A stretch of 64,000 nt of DNA from an uncultured Pseudomonadales bacterium (GCA_964502565.1 CAZCXA010000002.1:648-64647); one strand, 5' to 3'. Counted from the first letter of the stretch, positions 9,674-19,746 are shown. Program-made: numbers and translations. The notes: generated by a model not told the origin, from the letters alone.

Positions 9674-11203
9674 ACCTTAGAACAGTTATAGTTACTGCTG
9701 CCGTTCACCGGGGCTTAAGTCGCAAGCCTTAACCGAAGTTAAAACCCGCTTCCATGACCTTCCGGCACCGGGCAGGTATCAGCCCGTATACTTCCTCTTT
9801 CGAGTTTGCACAGACCTATGTTTTTGTTAAACAGTCGACGGAACATCTTTTGCTGTGCCCATCCTCTGCTTGCGCTTTGGATGGGAGGGCATCTCTCTAG
9901 ATTACGCCCAGCTATCTTGCCGAGTTCCTTAAACTGGCTTCTCTCGCTCTCCTTGGTCTACTCGACCTGTCCACCAGTGTCGGTTTTAAGTACGAATAAA
10001 CTTGATTCTCACTGCGAAAATTTTCCAGGATGCAGAACTCACGTTTAATCAGTCGCACCGAAGTTTGACTAATCCTATAACACCTCGCTTACTTCCCTTA
10101 CGGGGGGTTTGTTCAAGCGGATTTGCCTACTTGAACTAGCTGAGTGATTTGACCAAGACTTCACATCTTGATAAACGCTATCCCGCATCGTCCTTCCCCA
10201 GTTAATAATGAATCAAGCTTAGAACCGGAATGTTGACCGGTAATCCATCGGCTACCCCTGCTTTTGCAGGGCTGACCTTAGGGTCGCCTAACCCGCACAC
10301 GACGAACGTGGGTGCGGAAACCTTGGACATTCGGAGTTGAAGATTCTCACTTCAATGACGCTACTTATGCCAGCATTCTCACTTCTGATCACTCCAGCAG
10401 CTCCTTACGGGCCACCTTCAAAGCACACAGAACGCTCCCTTACCACTCATTCTAGTAAACTAGAACGAATCCTAAGCTTCGGTTAAACATTTGAGCCTCG
10501 TTAAATTTTCGGCGCATAAATCCTACGGCTAGTGAGCTGTTACGCTTTCTTTAAAGGATGGCTGCTTCTGAGCCGACCTCCTAGTTGTCTTAGGATCTAA
10601 ACTTCCTTTACCACTAAACATTTATTTAGAGACCTTAGCTGTGGGTCTGGATTGTTGCCCTGTTTGCTCACGGAACTTAGCTTCCGCGTGCTGAGTGCCA
10701 TGCCAGAATTGATGGTATTCGGAGTTTAACTAGACGCTGGAAGTTTCCTTCCGGACGCCCGATCAGTGCTCTACCCCCATCAATCTATAACATGACCCTA
10801 TACCTAAATATATTTCGGGGAGAACCAGCTAGCTCCAGGTTCGATTAGCATATTACCCCTATCCACAATTCATCCGAGACTCTTGCAGCAGTCACCGGTG
10901 CGGCCTTTCCCACATCTTTCGATATGGTGCAGCCTGATCATGGATAGCTCACCTGGATTCGGGTCGTTGAGTAACTACTTGCGCCCTATTCAGGCACGGT
11001 TCCTGTTGTTCAAAGAACAACAAAAACACTCGCTTTCACTACGGCTACGAGATGAGAATCTCTTAGCCTAGCAGTTACCCAACACTCGCCGGCTCATTCT
11101 TCAATAGGCACGAGATTACCCGCAATCCCGCAAAGCGGGACGAGGCTTTCTCTGTTTGTTAGTAGAAAGTTTCAGATACTCTTTCATCGGGTTTTCCACC
11201 CTT

Positions 11204-11243
<40 letters not shown>

Positions 11244-11782
11244 TTGTTTGGTATTTAGCCTTGGAGTGTGGTCACCCCAGCTTAAAACGGGAGTTTGCCG
11301 TCTCCCATCCTATTCAGGAATCTCTCTAGATTGTTTTGGATTTTGCGTACACGACTTTCACGCTCTTTGGTCACTAATTCCATAGTGTTCTGCTATCCGC
11401 CACTCTCACATGTGAGAGTCCTACAACCCCCCTGTAAACAGGGGTTTGGGCTGTTCCCGGTTCGCTCATCGCTTACTAAGGGAATCTCTTACGATTTTTT
11501 TTCCTCCGGGTACTAAGATATTTCAGTTCCCCGACTTACCCCCGTGCCGTAAACGGCACAGTCATCTTGCTCTCACAAGATGGGGTTTCCCCATTCGGAC
11601 ACCGACGGGTTATGTGCTTTTTGCCAGCTAACCGTCGACTTTCGCGGGCTATACGTCCTTCATCGGCCAAACAAGCCTAGGCATTCGCTTTCTACGTTAG
11701 TTCACACAAGTTTAGTTAGACCCAAGGGTCTAACAAGATATTGAATTTGAAATTGAACTATTTTGACGATGTTTTCTTCACA

Positions 11783-11793
11783 TGTTAAAGAGC
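11783..11793 (-). promoter_or_regulatory. rRNA antitermination boxA
   Basis: Minus strand GCTCTTTAACA just upstream of the 23S 5' end matches the boxA consensus. Confidence 0.75.
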
Positions 11794-11995
11794 GAAAGGA
11801 TGTTTTCATCTCTCGCAGTAGCCTCGCTGTCTGATTCTGTCAGACGCGCGTTGAAAACTGTTCAAGATGTTAAACATTCCTTATATTCAGTAATCTTTTA
11901 ACCGGTTCATTTTATTTTTTTCAAGCAACTTCCAAACATTTCTGATTTGCTAACCAAAAAGCAAGGTGTTACAAGAGACAATAAAAAGAACCCTG

Positions 11996-12069
11996 TGGAC
12001 CTGGGGAGACTCGAACTCCCGGTCTCTTCGTTGCAAACGAAGCGCTTTAGCCAACTAAGCCACAGGCCC
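11996..12069 (-). tRNA. tRNA-Ala(UGC)
   Basis: GGGCCTG...CTTCG-TT-TGC-AA-CGAAG...GTTCGAGTC...CAGGTCC-A cloverleaf; G3:U70 pair; CCA not encoded. Confidence 0.95.
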
Positions 12070-12317
12070 GAGACAATAAAACATGCCCGGATGTATAAAA
12101 ATTCTGAAATTTATTTGGAGGGAATGCTGAAAAACAGCATTGTCACTTGATGTTTTTAACTCAATAAGTTAACTATTAAGTTAAGTATTAGGTATTTTAT
12201 AAAAAAAACTTACTAAGTGCAAGTGGAGAAAAACTTAACGTAAGATAAACCGCGTAAAAAAGTTCAGGGTTCTGTAGCAGTCCTCACCATTAAAAAATGT
12301 AGTTAATCATTAAATCT

Positions 12318-12953
12318 CTATTTCACCTCTTCCACCTCATACCCGATCTTGGCCAGCATCTTTTTATTTTTTAATGCTGTTTCCTTGCCTAGAGCTCCGT
12401 CCATCTGTCCTACTAACTTTAATGAAGTTTTGCTCACGCTCTGTAAAAAATCTAGTTGAGAGTTGATCACTTTTTTTGCCAACTCTTCATTGGCTTTGCA
12501 CAACCAATCTGCAGACAACACATATTGGCCTAGGTTGTAGACTTGCTCGCCTCCACCTAAAGAAAAACAGATTTTATTCGCTAAATGCATATTTTTTGGG
12601 CGCACCATGTGGCCTTTAATACCGTGGCCGATTTCTTTAGGATCCTCAAACTTAAGTAACCCGCTATAAAGCAAGTTTTCTTTCTCAGCTAAGGCCTGTA
12701 GGTGTTGTTGTGCCATCGCGTTAATCTCATCCCAGTCAGTTAAACCAAGCCTGTCTTTCATCCAGTCACTTTGCGAGGTAGCAGCAATAACCAGTTTGCC
12801 AGGAAAAAGCTTGCTTAAAATCTTGACTACTTCGCTAAAACCCTTTAATTCATAGCCTGAGCCAACAAAACCTAAGCGGATACCGCTGTTAATCTGAGCA
12901 CCTTCATCACAATCAGTGATGACGTATCTGGAGGGGGTGTTGTTTTTGGCCAT
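12318..12953 (-). CDS. Hypothetical protein
   Basis: 211-aa ORF with coding-like composition; no family recognised. Confidence 0.7.
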   Translation of the reverse strand: MAKNNTPSRYVITDCDEGAQINSGIRLGFVGSGYELKGFSEVVKILSKLFPGKLVIAATSQSDWMKDRLGLTDWDEINAMAQQHLQALAEKENLLYSGLLKFEDPKEIGHGIKGHMVRPKNMHLANKICFSLGGGEQVYNLGQYVLSADWLCKANEELAKKVINSQLDFLQSVSKTSLKLVGQMDGALGKETALKNKKMLAKIGYEVEEVK

Positions 12954-13008
12954 AGAACACTTTCACTGACCGCGGTTGAGTTTTTAAGTAACTCAATTTT
13001 TATTTTTT

Positions 13009-13161
13009 TTACTCAACCATAGACTGGACTGCTTGCAAATACTGCTTCATTTCTTCTTCAACCTTTTCCCAGTCACCGTCAGCTTCACGAATTGCATTAA
13101 ATAAAAGATCCATGTCAATAAGAAGTTGATCGTCGGTTACGATCATACGTTGTTTTGCCAT
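13009..13161 (-). CDS. Small acidic helical protein (50 aa), absent from the ORF track
   Basis: ATG..TAA ORF MAKQRMIVTDDQLLIDMDLLFNAIREADGDWEKVEEEMKQYLQAVQSMVE, preceded by TGTTATAAT 6 nt upstream. Confidence 0.7.
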   Translation of the reverse strand: MAKQRMIVTDDQLLIDMDLLFNAIREADGDWEKVEEEMKQYLQAVQSMVE

Positions 13162-13272
13162 ATAGGTATTATAACACGACAAGAAGGGGAAATCTAAAGA
13201 TTAGGTTAAAAAACTGATTTTTAACTTTAAACCTGATGCTAGCCTCTAGGTTTTGATTTTTACTTTTGAGCT

Positions 13273-14787
13273 TTATTTATACTCCACTGGCACCTCGGTC
13301 ATCACTGGACTTAAACTCATCCGTCGTTTTTCTGGCTCAATCGTGTCCACATTAACCGTAACTTGATCACCTAACTTAAACTTGTATTCAGACCCCAACT
13401 TACTGATATGCACCAAACCATCTACCCCAGGAATAACATCCACAAACACACCAAAGGGCTCGATGCGAGACACCTTGCCGGTAAAGGTTGTCCCAGGTTG
13501 ATAGTCTTCACTCACTTTTTGCCAAGGATCCTTTTTGAGTCGTTTAATAGAGAGGTTAAGCTTACCTGACTGCTCATCGATCCCGAGCACTGACACGATC
13601 ACTCGATCGCCAACTCGATGATAATTTCGCGGGTGATCAACCTTTTCCCAACTAATCTCGGAAATATGGATTAAACCCTCAACATAACCAATATCTTCTT
13701 TGGGCAGAGTTGTTTTGTCTCGAAACTCCTCCTTAAGCTGTCCGTCCTCAACCTTGCCCTTAAGATCACTGCCATCGATCGGCACCTCAACCGTCATAAA
13801 CAAACCAAAACCCTTAATTCCTGAGATAACTCCTTCATAAACATGACCTTCTTTAACCACAGACAGGGCTTGTTGACGCTGACCAAGTTGTTTTTCCTCA
13901 CTCACGTGTCGCTCTGAAAAGATCAAGCGATTGCGTTCGCGGTCAACCTCAATGGCTTTAACCTCAAACTTTTTGTCTTTTAAGTCCTCGATATGATCTA
14001 GATAACGGCGACTAAATTGACTAGAAGGCACAAATCCACGTACCCCATTTACCACTACAATTAAACCGCCTTTGTTAGCCTCAATACCTTTGGCAGTAAG
14101 AGTAGTTTCATTGGTAAAAGCGTCCTCAAAATACTCCCACTTGGCATCATTGGCCGCACCCTTTAGGCTGAGCAAGATCTGTCCGCGTGAGTTTTCAACC
14201 GAGATTACTGTGGCAGAAAGTTTGTCCCCAACCTCTAACTCCTCGATGTAATCTTGAGCAAACTCAAACTCTTGCTCAGACACCACCCCATAACTTTTTG
14301 CATTGATGTCAAGCTTGAGTAGTTTGCTGGTTTTTTCAATAATGACACCCTCGATTTTTTTTCCTTTTTGCGGAGCAACAGACTCATAGCCGGTCATCTC
14401 CATTAACTCAGCCATTGTTTTAGGAGCAGGACCGGTGCGCTTAACAGCTTGCGGTTTAGCAATGACTTTCTTAACAGAAGATTCAGTTGATTTATCCGCT
14501 TCTTTTGCCTCTTTTTTTACCTTTTCTTTTACCTCTTTTCTTACAGATTTTTTTAACGAGGCTTTTGGGGTTACTTTTGAAGTTTTTGCTTGAGTTGTTT
14601 TTTGAGAAACAGTTTTTTTACTTGCTGGTTTTTTTACTGTTATTAAGGATTTTTTTTCAGTTTTTTGAACTGTTTTTTTTGCCTCTTCTTTTGTCTTGGT
14701 ACTTTTAGCTGTTGCCGTGGTCTTTTGTGCTGTTTTAGCCTTAGCTGGAGCTTGTTTTTTTTCTTTAGTTATTGATTTAGTAGCCAT
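13273..14787 (-). CDS. rpsA: 30S ribosomal protein S1-like, with a long Lys/Ala/Thr-rich N-terminal extension
   Basis: Four S1 repeats ('NKGGLIV...GVRGFVPSSQ', 'EGLIHISEISW', 'FGVFV....GVDGLVHISKL'). Confidence 0.85.
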   Translation of the reverse strand: MATKSITKEKKQAPAKAKTAQKTTATAKSTKTKEEAKKTVQKTEKKSLITVKKPASKKTVSQKTTQAKTSKVTPKASLKKSVRKEVKEKVKKEAKEADKSTESSVKKVIAKPQAVKRTGPAPKTMAELMEMTGYESVAPQKGKKIEGVIIEKTSKLLKLDINAKSYGVVSEQEFEFAQDYIEELEVGDKLSATVISVENSRGQILLSLKGAANDAKWEYFEDAFTNETTLTAKGIEANKGGLIVVVNGVRGFVPSSQFSRRYLDHIEDLKDKKFEVKAIEVDRERNRLIFSERHVSEEKQLGQRQQALSVVKEGHVYEGVISGIKGFGLFMTVEVPIDGSDLKGKVEDGQLKEEFRDKTTLPKEDIGYVEGLIHISEISWEKVDHPRNYHRVGDRVIVSVLGIDEQSGKLNLSIKRLKKDPWQKVSEDYQPGTTFTGKVSRIEPFGVFVDVIPGVDGLVHISKLGSEYKFKLGDQVTVNVDTIEPEKRRMSLSPVMTEVPVEYK

Positions 14788-15328
14788 AATTATTAATTCT
14801 TACCTAAGCGGTCTGGGCTCAGATTTAAGTTCTCCTTTCATAGAGTTGGGAAAGTATAACATAAAAAAGGTAAAAGTTAAAATTATAAACTTGAAACTTA
14901 AATTAAAACTCGAAAGTTATAAGTTGTGTTTAATTAAACTGTTTTTGTCATGCCATAAGCATTGCCTAATTTGGGTGTGTAAACAAGTTTAAACCTTCTT
15001 AAAATCAATTTAAAATCAATGTCCAGCCTAATTAAACAGTGATCTTTTTTTAAAACTAACAGGAGTTGTTGATCTATTTTTTTTCTGAAGTGGTTAAACT
15101 TCTGATGCGTTTTTAATCAGGAAACTTGTTCTTTTAAGTTATATCTTTTTATTGTTATACTATTTGTGCTATTACCTATTAATTAAAAAGGCTTAATCGT
15201 CAAGCTTAGCTTTAAGTTTTGGCGTTTATAAACAACTAAATATAAATTTTAAAAATAGTTAATTTAATAATCATTATTAAATTTTTTCACTCAGGCTCAT
15301 ACTTTTATATTTGAGCTTTTAACCTAAC

Positions 15329-16582
15329 ATGAAAACCCTCACTCCCTCTGTCATTGCTAACAAAGCAGTTTTGGTCCGCACTGACTTTAACGTGCCTCTC
15401 AAGAAAAAAAACAACAGACTGGAAGTGGTCGAAGGTAAACGAATCGAGGAATCTCTGCCTTTACTTGAATTTTTACAAAAAAATAAAGCTAAAATTGTCT
15501 TGATGTCGCACCTAGGTAGACCAAAAGGCGAACCCGATCCAGAATTAAGTCTAGAGCCGATTACTCGCTATTTTAAACAACAACACTCACTTAACATCAA
15601 GTTTCTTGGAGAGACCGTGGGTCAGGTAGCTGAGCAAGCCGTGGCCAACCTTCAGCCAGGTGAAATCTTGCTGTTAGAAAACCTTCGGTTTTATCCAGGC
15701 GAAAAAAAAAATGATACAAGTTTTGCCAAACAACTGGCGCGCTTGGCAGATGTTTATGTAAACGAGGCTTTTTCTGCCAGCCATCGTGAGCATGCCTCGA
15801 TCCATGCGGTTGCCAAGCTCCTACCCGCCTATGCTGGCTTCCATCTCCAACATGAAATTGAAAACCTCTCTCGCATCATGACCAAGCCCAAGCATCCGTT
15901 TGTGATGGTGGTGGGCGGAGCCAAGCTTTCCTCTAAAATTGAGGCTGTTTATAACCTGCATAAAATTGCTGATGTTGTGCTGGTTGGCGGTGGCGTAGCT
16001 AATAATTTTTTAAAGGCAGAGGGCATTGAAACCCATATGTCTAAGCTTGAAGAAGATGTGAAGGCTGATGACAAGGAGCTTAGCCCTATGCAGATGGCGA
16101 ATCAGGTATTAGCGGAAAACAAAACCGAGCGCATTTTGCAAGACGGCTACATTCCTCTACCGAAAATTCTAACTCCAATCGATGTGGTGGCTGCTAAAAA
16201 TATCGAGAGCAAAAAAACCAAGATCATTAACTTAACTTCAGGTATGGCTGACACTCCTGATGACGAAGCCATAATGTATCTAGACATTGGTCCACTTACA
16301 ATAAAACTGTTTACTCATTTAATCCTTCAGGCCGGCACTATTTTTTGGAGTGGACCCATGGGCGTGTTTGAGCAAAAACCATTTGAAAACGGCACTAGAG
16401 AGATTGCTCGAGCTATTGCTAAAGCCAGCGCTGAAACTCTGGTTGGTGGTGGCGATACCATCACTGCGATTCACAAATATGGTCTTGAAGGACGATTTGA
16501 CTATGAGTCCAGCGCCGGTGGTGCTGCACTGGAGTTTTTGGCAGGTAAAAAACTACCTGGAATCACAGTGTTAGAAAAATAG
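15329..16582 (+). CDS. pgk: Phosphoglycerate kinase
   Basis: 'LVRTDFNVP', 'SHLGRP', 'LLENLRF', 'GGAK', 'GGGDT', 'GGAALEFL.GK.LPG'. Confidence 0.97.
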   Translation: MKTLTPSVIANKAVLVRTDFNVPLKKKNNRLEVVEGKRIEESLPLLEFLQKNKAKIVLMSHLGRPKGEPDPELSLEPITRYFKQQHSLNIKFLGETVGQVAEQAVANLQPGEILLLENLRFYPGEKKNDTSFAKQLARLADVYVNEAFSASHREHASIHAVAKLLPAYAGFHLQHEIENLSRIMTKPKHPFVMVVGGAKLSSKIEAVYNLHKIADVVLVGGGVANNFLKAEGIETHMSKLEEDVKADDKELSPMQMANQVLAENKTERILQDGYIPLPKILTPIDVVAAKNIESKKTKIINLTSGMADTPDDEAIMYLDIGPLTIKLFTHLILQAGTIFWSGPMGVFEQKPFENGTREIARAIAKASAETLVGGGDTITAIHKYGLEGRFDYESSAGGAALEFLAGKKLPGITVLEK

Positions 16583-16794
16583 TAGTTAATAACTCCTGCA
16601 GAAGTGTTGTCAAAGTACTCATAATACATCAATTAAGTTATTAAGCTTGACGAAGCAGGCTTATCTGTATTATCCTAGAAAATAGTTTTAAAGTTTAGCA
16701 AAATACTTGATTTACTATTTTTTTTATTTGTATATAATTAAAAAATAGTTAAAATTTATTCTTAAACATTTTTAGTCAGGCTCATACTCCAGAC

Positions 16795-18015
16795 ATGAAC
16801 ATTGCCCAAAAATCTTCCACCCCTGTTGCAGGCTCATCATCTACCGCAAACACTGGCTATAACCCACCCACAGGTTTTAATCAGCCTAAGCCGGCCACCA
16901 CACATGAGGCCGCCCATTTAACTCAGCCTAAAAAAAGTTTTGCTTTTCAAAGTTTAGAAGAAAGACAAGCGAGACAAGAACAAGGTGAGCAGATGCAACC
17001 AGAGCCGGTAGACAAACTGCAAGGATCTGGAACCGCATTTAATCCTCCTGGTGGAACACCTCCTAGTACTGTTCCAACTGTCGAAAACAAACCACCCATG
17101 CCAGACAAGCTTGAATCAAAAACAAAAAAAACTTCAGTAATTATGTTGGTTGTGGCGTTCGTCTTTATGCTCCTTACTGGAGCTGGATTGTTTTACATAA
17201 CTCAAATTTTACCTGAACAAGAAGTGCCAACCGCCCCGGTCTCAGAGCCAGCAGCAGCTCCAGTAACACCTGGAGCCGAGAGTGCTCAAGTTTGTTCTTT
17301 AGTATTTTCACTCCAGACACCAACTGATGGGCCAGAAACCACCCCAACGCCAACTGATGGGCCAGAAACCACCCCAACACCAACTTCTACTCCAACGCCC
17401 ACTTCTACTCCAACACCAACTTCTACTCCAACACCAACTGATGGGCCAGAAACTACTCCATCCCCAACTGATGGGCCAGAAACCACCCCAACGCCAACTT
17501 CTACTCCAACGCCAACTTCTACTCCAACGCCCACTTCTACTCCATCCCCAACTGATGGGCCAGAAACTACACCAGGAGTCACTGCAACAACAACACCAAC
17601 TGATGAACCGACCACAGCACCAGAAGTGACCGTAACAACCACATCAGCGCCTGAACAGCCGACCACAACCACGACTACCACATCACCGTCTCACACAACC
17701 ACAACTGTCTTGGCACCAACCACCCCTCCAGCTCAACCAGCCCAAACAGTTACAAAAATTGTAGATACTCAAGCTGACTGTAATCAAGCCTGTTCTACCA
17801 ATGCAGACTGTCGCAATATTAGCCATATTTGCTACAACAGTCGTTGTCGGTTAGATATCAATCCTGAAGATGACCAATGCCGTACCCCAGCTGGTGAAAC
17901 CACTGTGGAACGAGTGGTTGAACAACCGGTGGCAGGATTTAGCAACTGGATCAACTTTTTAAGAATTGGTATCGGTGCAATCGGAACTGGTTTGCTTCTA
18001 CTATTACTACTATAA
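16795..18015 (+). CDS. Pro/Thr-repeat membrane or surface protein with Cys-rich module and C-terminal TM
   Basis: Internal TM, PT/TDGPET repeats, 'CNQAC..NADC...HIC....C.......C' module, 'QPVAG' followed by a hydrophobic tail. Confidence 0.75.
   Translation: MNIAQKSSTPVAGSSSTANTGYNPPTGFNQPKPATTHEAAHLTQPKKSFAFQSLEERQARQEQGEQMQPEPVDKLQGSGTAFNPPGGTPPSTVPTVENKPPMPDKLESKTKKTSVIMLVVAFVFMLLTGAGLFYITQILPEQEVPTAPVSEPAAAPVTPGAESAQVCSLVFSLQTPTDGPETTPTPTDGPETTPTPTSTPTPTSTPTPTSTPTPTDGPETTPSPTDGPETTPTPTSTPTPTSTPTPTSTPSPTDGPETTPGVTATTTPTDEPTTAPEVTVTTTSAPEQPTTTTTTTSPSHTTTTVLAPTTPPAQPAQTVTKIVDTQADCNQACSTNADCRNISHICYNSRCRLDINPEDDQCRTPAGETTVERVVEQPVAGFSNWINFLRIGIGAIGTGLLLLLLL
17320..17575 (+). repeat. Intragenic tandem repeats (CCAACTGATGGGCCAGAAAC... 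units and ACTTCTACTCCAAC-type 18-nt units)
   Basis: Five TDGPET(T) units interspersed with (PTSTPT)n. Confidence 0.9.
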
Positions 18016-18086
18016 AAACCTCGTCCCAAAATTAATTTCTTCTACTGATATAATATCCTGTAGACTGAGTTATTATTGTGTGATTA

Positions 18087-18160
18087 GCGCGCGTAGCTCA
18101 ATCGGTTAGAGCACCAAGCTTATACCTTGGCGGTTCTTGGTTCGAGTCCAAGCGCGCGCA
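18087..18160 (+). tRNA. tRNA-Ile(UAU)
   Basis: GCGCGCG acceptor stem, D arm GCTC..GAGC, anticodon arm CCAAG-CT-TAT-AC-CTTGG, T arm CTTGG-TTCGAGT-CCAAG, discriminator A. Confidence 0.9.
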
Positions 18161-18330
18161 CTTTTTTTGTTTTTTAGCCTAGAAAATCGCAAATTTTAGC
18201 AATAGAGACACTTTTCTAAGTAAAATCTTTTTCTCTTTGCTAAAAACAATTATGGCAATGCCAATTCTAGGGATTCCCATGTCTTTATTTATAAGCCAGA
18301 AACAATCTTATTGTATAATACATTAAAAAT

Positions 18331-19746
18331 ATGCCAGAAAAATTTAATTATATTAAACCAGAGTCAAATCGAAAAGAAAGCGATCTCATGTTAATTAATA
18401 GTCCGCTTTCTTTTTCAAGTGATGGTCTGGAAAAAGAATTGGAGCCCTCCTTCGGTCAACTAAGAATAGTAGCAGTTTTAGAAAAACACGGATTAAAGCC
18501 TAGCCTTTTAGATCTGTGTAGACATCCTTTGAGTCCTGAAGATATCGAAAACGTACTCTTCAATGCCTCCCCTAAAATGGTTGGTTTAAATCCAACATCC
18601 ATAAACATTGGACCTAGCCAAATAATAGCCGAAATATGTAAAAAATTAAAAATCCCGTTAATTATAGGTGGTGTCCACTCCACTCTTGACCCCAAGCAGA
18701 CCCTACACGAGTACTTTCCAGATGCTCAGATCGCTGTAAGGGGTAAAGGAGAGTATGCCGTTTTGAAAATTGTGAATGATACTTTATTGGGTAAAAAACC
18801 TCAGGGAAAGGGTGTCTACTACACCGATAGTGATTTTTCTAGAACTGATTATGGTGAATGCTATCCTTTAAGGGATATTCCAACTATCGATCAATTTAGA
18901 TATATCGAAAATCCGCTAATTGAAAAAGAAATTAATTTTGATGGAAAAAGGGAAATGAAGGGTGTCTACTACACCGATAGTGATTTTTCTAGAACTGATT
19001 ATGGTGAATGCTATCCTTTAAGGGATATTCCAACTATCGATCAATTTAGATATATCGAAAATCCGCTAATTGAAAAAGAAATTAATTTTGATGGAAAAAG
19101 GGAAATGATTAGAGAAATATCGCTATATGTGACCGCAGGTTGTCCATTTGATTGTGCGTTTTGCTCAACTCCAGTTTTGGTAGGAAAAAAATATGGAGAA
19201 AGACCATTCTTTCATCCTGGAGTTGAAAAAATAATGAAGGATATCGACTATGCAGTAGCGCATGGAGCGAATGCTGTTCATTTTTTAGACGACATGGCAA
19301 TCACCAATCAGCGTCAGCTTACGGCATTTTATCATGGCATTCAAGACATGGGAATTGCTGATGATTTTTATTGGAGAGGCATGACGAGAGCACCAATTAT
19401 TGCCAATCAATTCCAAGATCAAGACTTAAAAAATCTGCATGATTCCGGATGTTGGAGGCTGGCTATGGGAGTTGAGAGCGGAAATCAAGAGATGCTTGAT
19501 AAAATTAGAAAAGGTATTACTAAAGATCAGGTTAGGATTGCTGTATATAAACTAAAAAATTCTGGGATTTCGCAAGTTAAAGCTTTTTTTATAATGGGTT
19601 TCCCAGATGAAACCAATGAGCAGCTCATTGAGACCTACAATTTTATTATGGAACTGAAAGAATTAGGTTTAACAGACATTAGTTTGTTCCAGTTCAAACC
19701 ATATCCAGGAACAGAATTGTGGGAAAAAATGAAAATGGAAAAGTAA
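18331..19746 (+). CDS. B12-binding-domain radical SAM protein (possibly interrupted; the frame stays open to 19920)
   Basis: 'IIGGVH.T' and 'VRGKGE' B12-binding region, CxxxCxxC (GCPFDCAFC), 'GVESGNQEML..I.KG', 'FIMGFPDET', 'PYPGTELW'. Confidence 0.88.
   Translation: MPEKFNYIKPESNRKESDLMLINSPLSFSSDGLEKELEPSFGQLRIVAVLEKHGLKPSLLDLCRHPLSPEDIENVLFNASPKMVGLNPTSINIGPSQIIAEICKKLKIPLIIGGVHSTLDPKQTLHEYFPDAQIAVRGKGEYAVLKIVNDTLLGKKPQGKGVYYTDSDFSRTDYGECYPLRDIPTIDQFRYIENPLIEKEINFDGKREMKGVYYTDSDFSRTDYGECYPLRDIPTIDQFRYIENPLIEKEINFDGKREMIREISLYVTAGCPFDCAFCSTPVLVGKKYGERPFFHPGVEKIMKDIDYAVAHGANAVHFLDDMAITNQRQLTAFYHGIQDMGIADDFYWRGMTRAPIIANQFQDQDLKNLHDSGCWRLAMGVESGNQEMLDKIRKGITKDQVRIAVYKLKNSGISQVKAFFIMGFPDETNEQLIETYNFIMELKELGLTDISLFQFKPYPGTELWEKMKMEK
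18808..19107 (+). repeat. Exact 150-bp tandem duplication (50 aa) inside the radical SAM gene
   Basis: AAGGGTGTCTACTACACC...GGGAAATG at 18808-18957 repeats at 18958-19107. Confidence 0.95.

Noticed and set aside
17320-17575. Regularly recurring ~20-27 nt repeats that could be read as a CRISPR array
   Set aside because: They are in-frame coding repeats (TDGPET/PTSTPT) with repetitive rather than unique spacers, and no cas genes are present.
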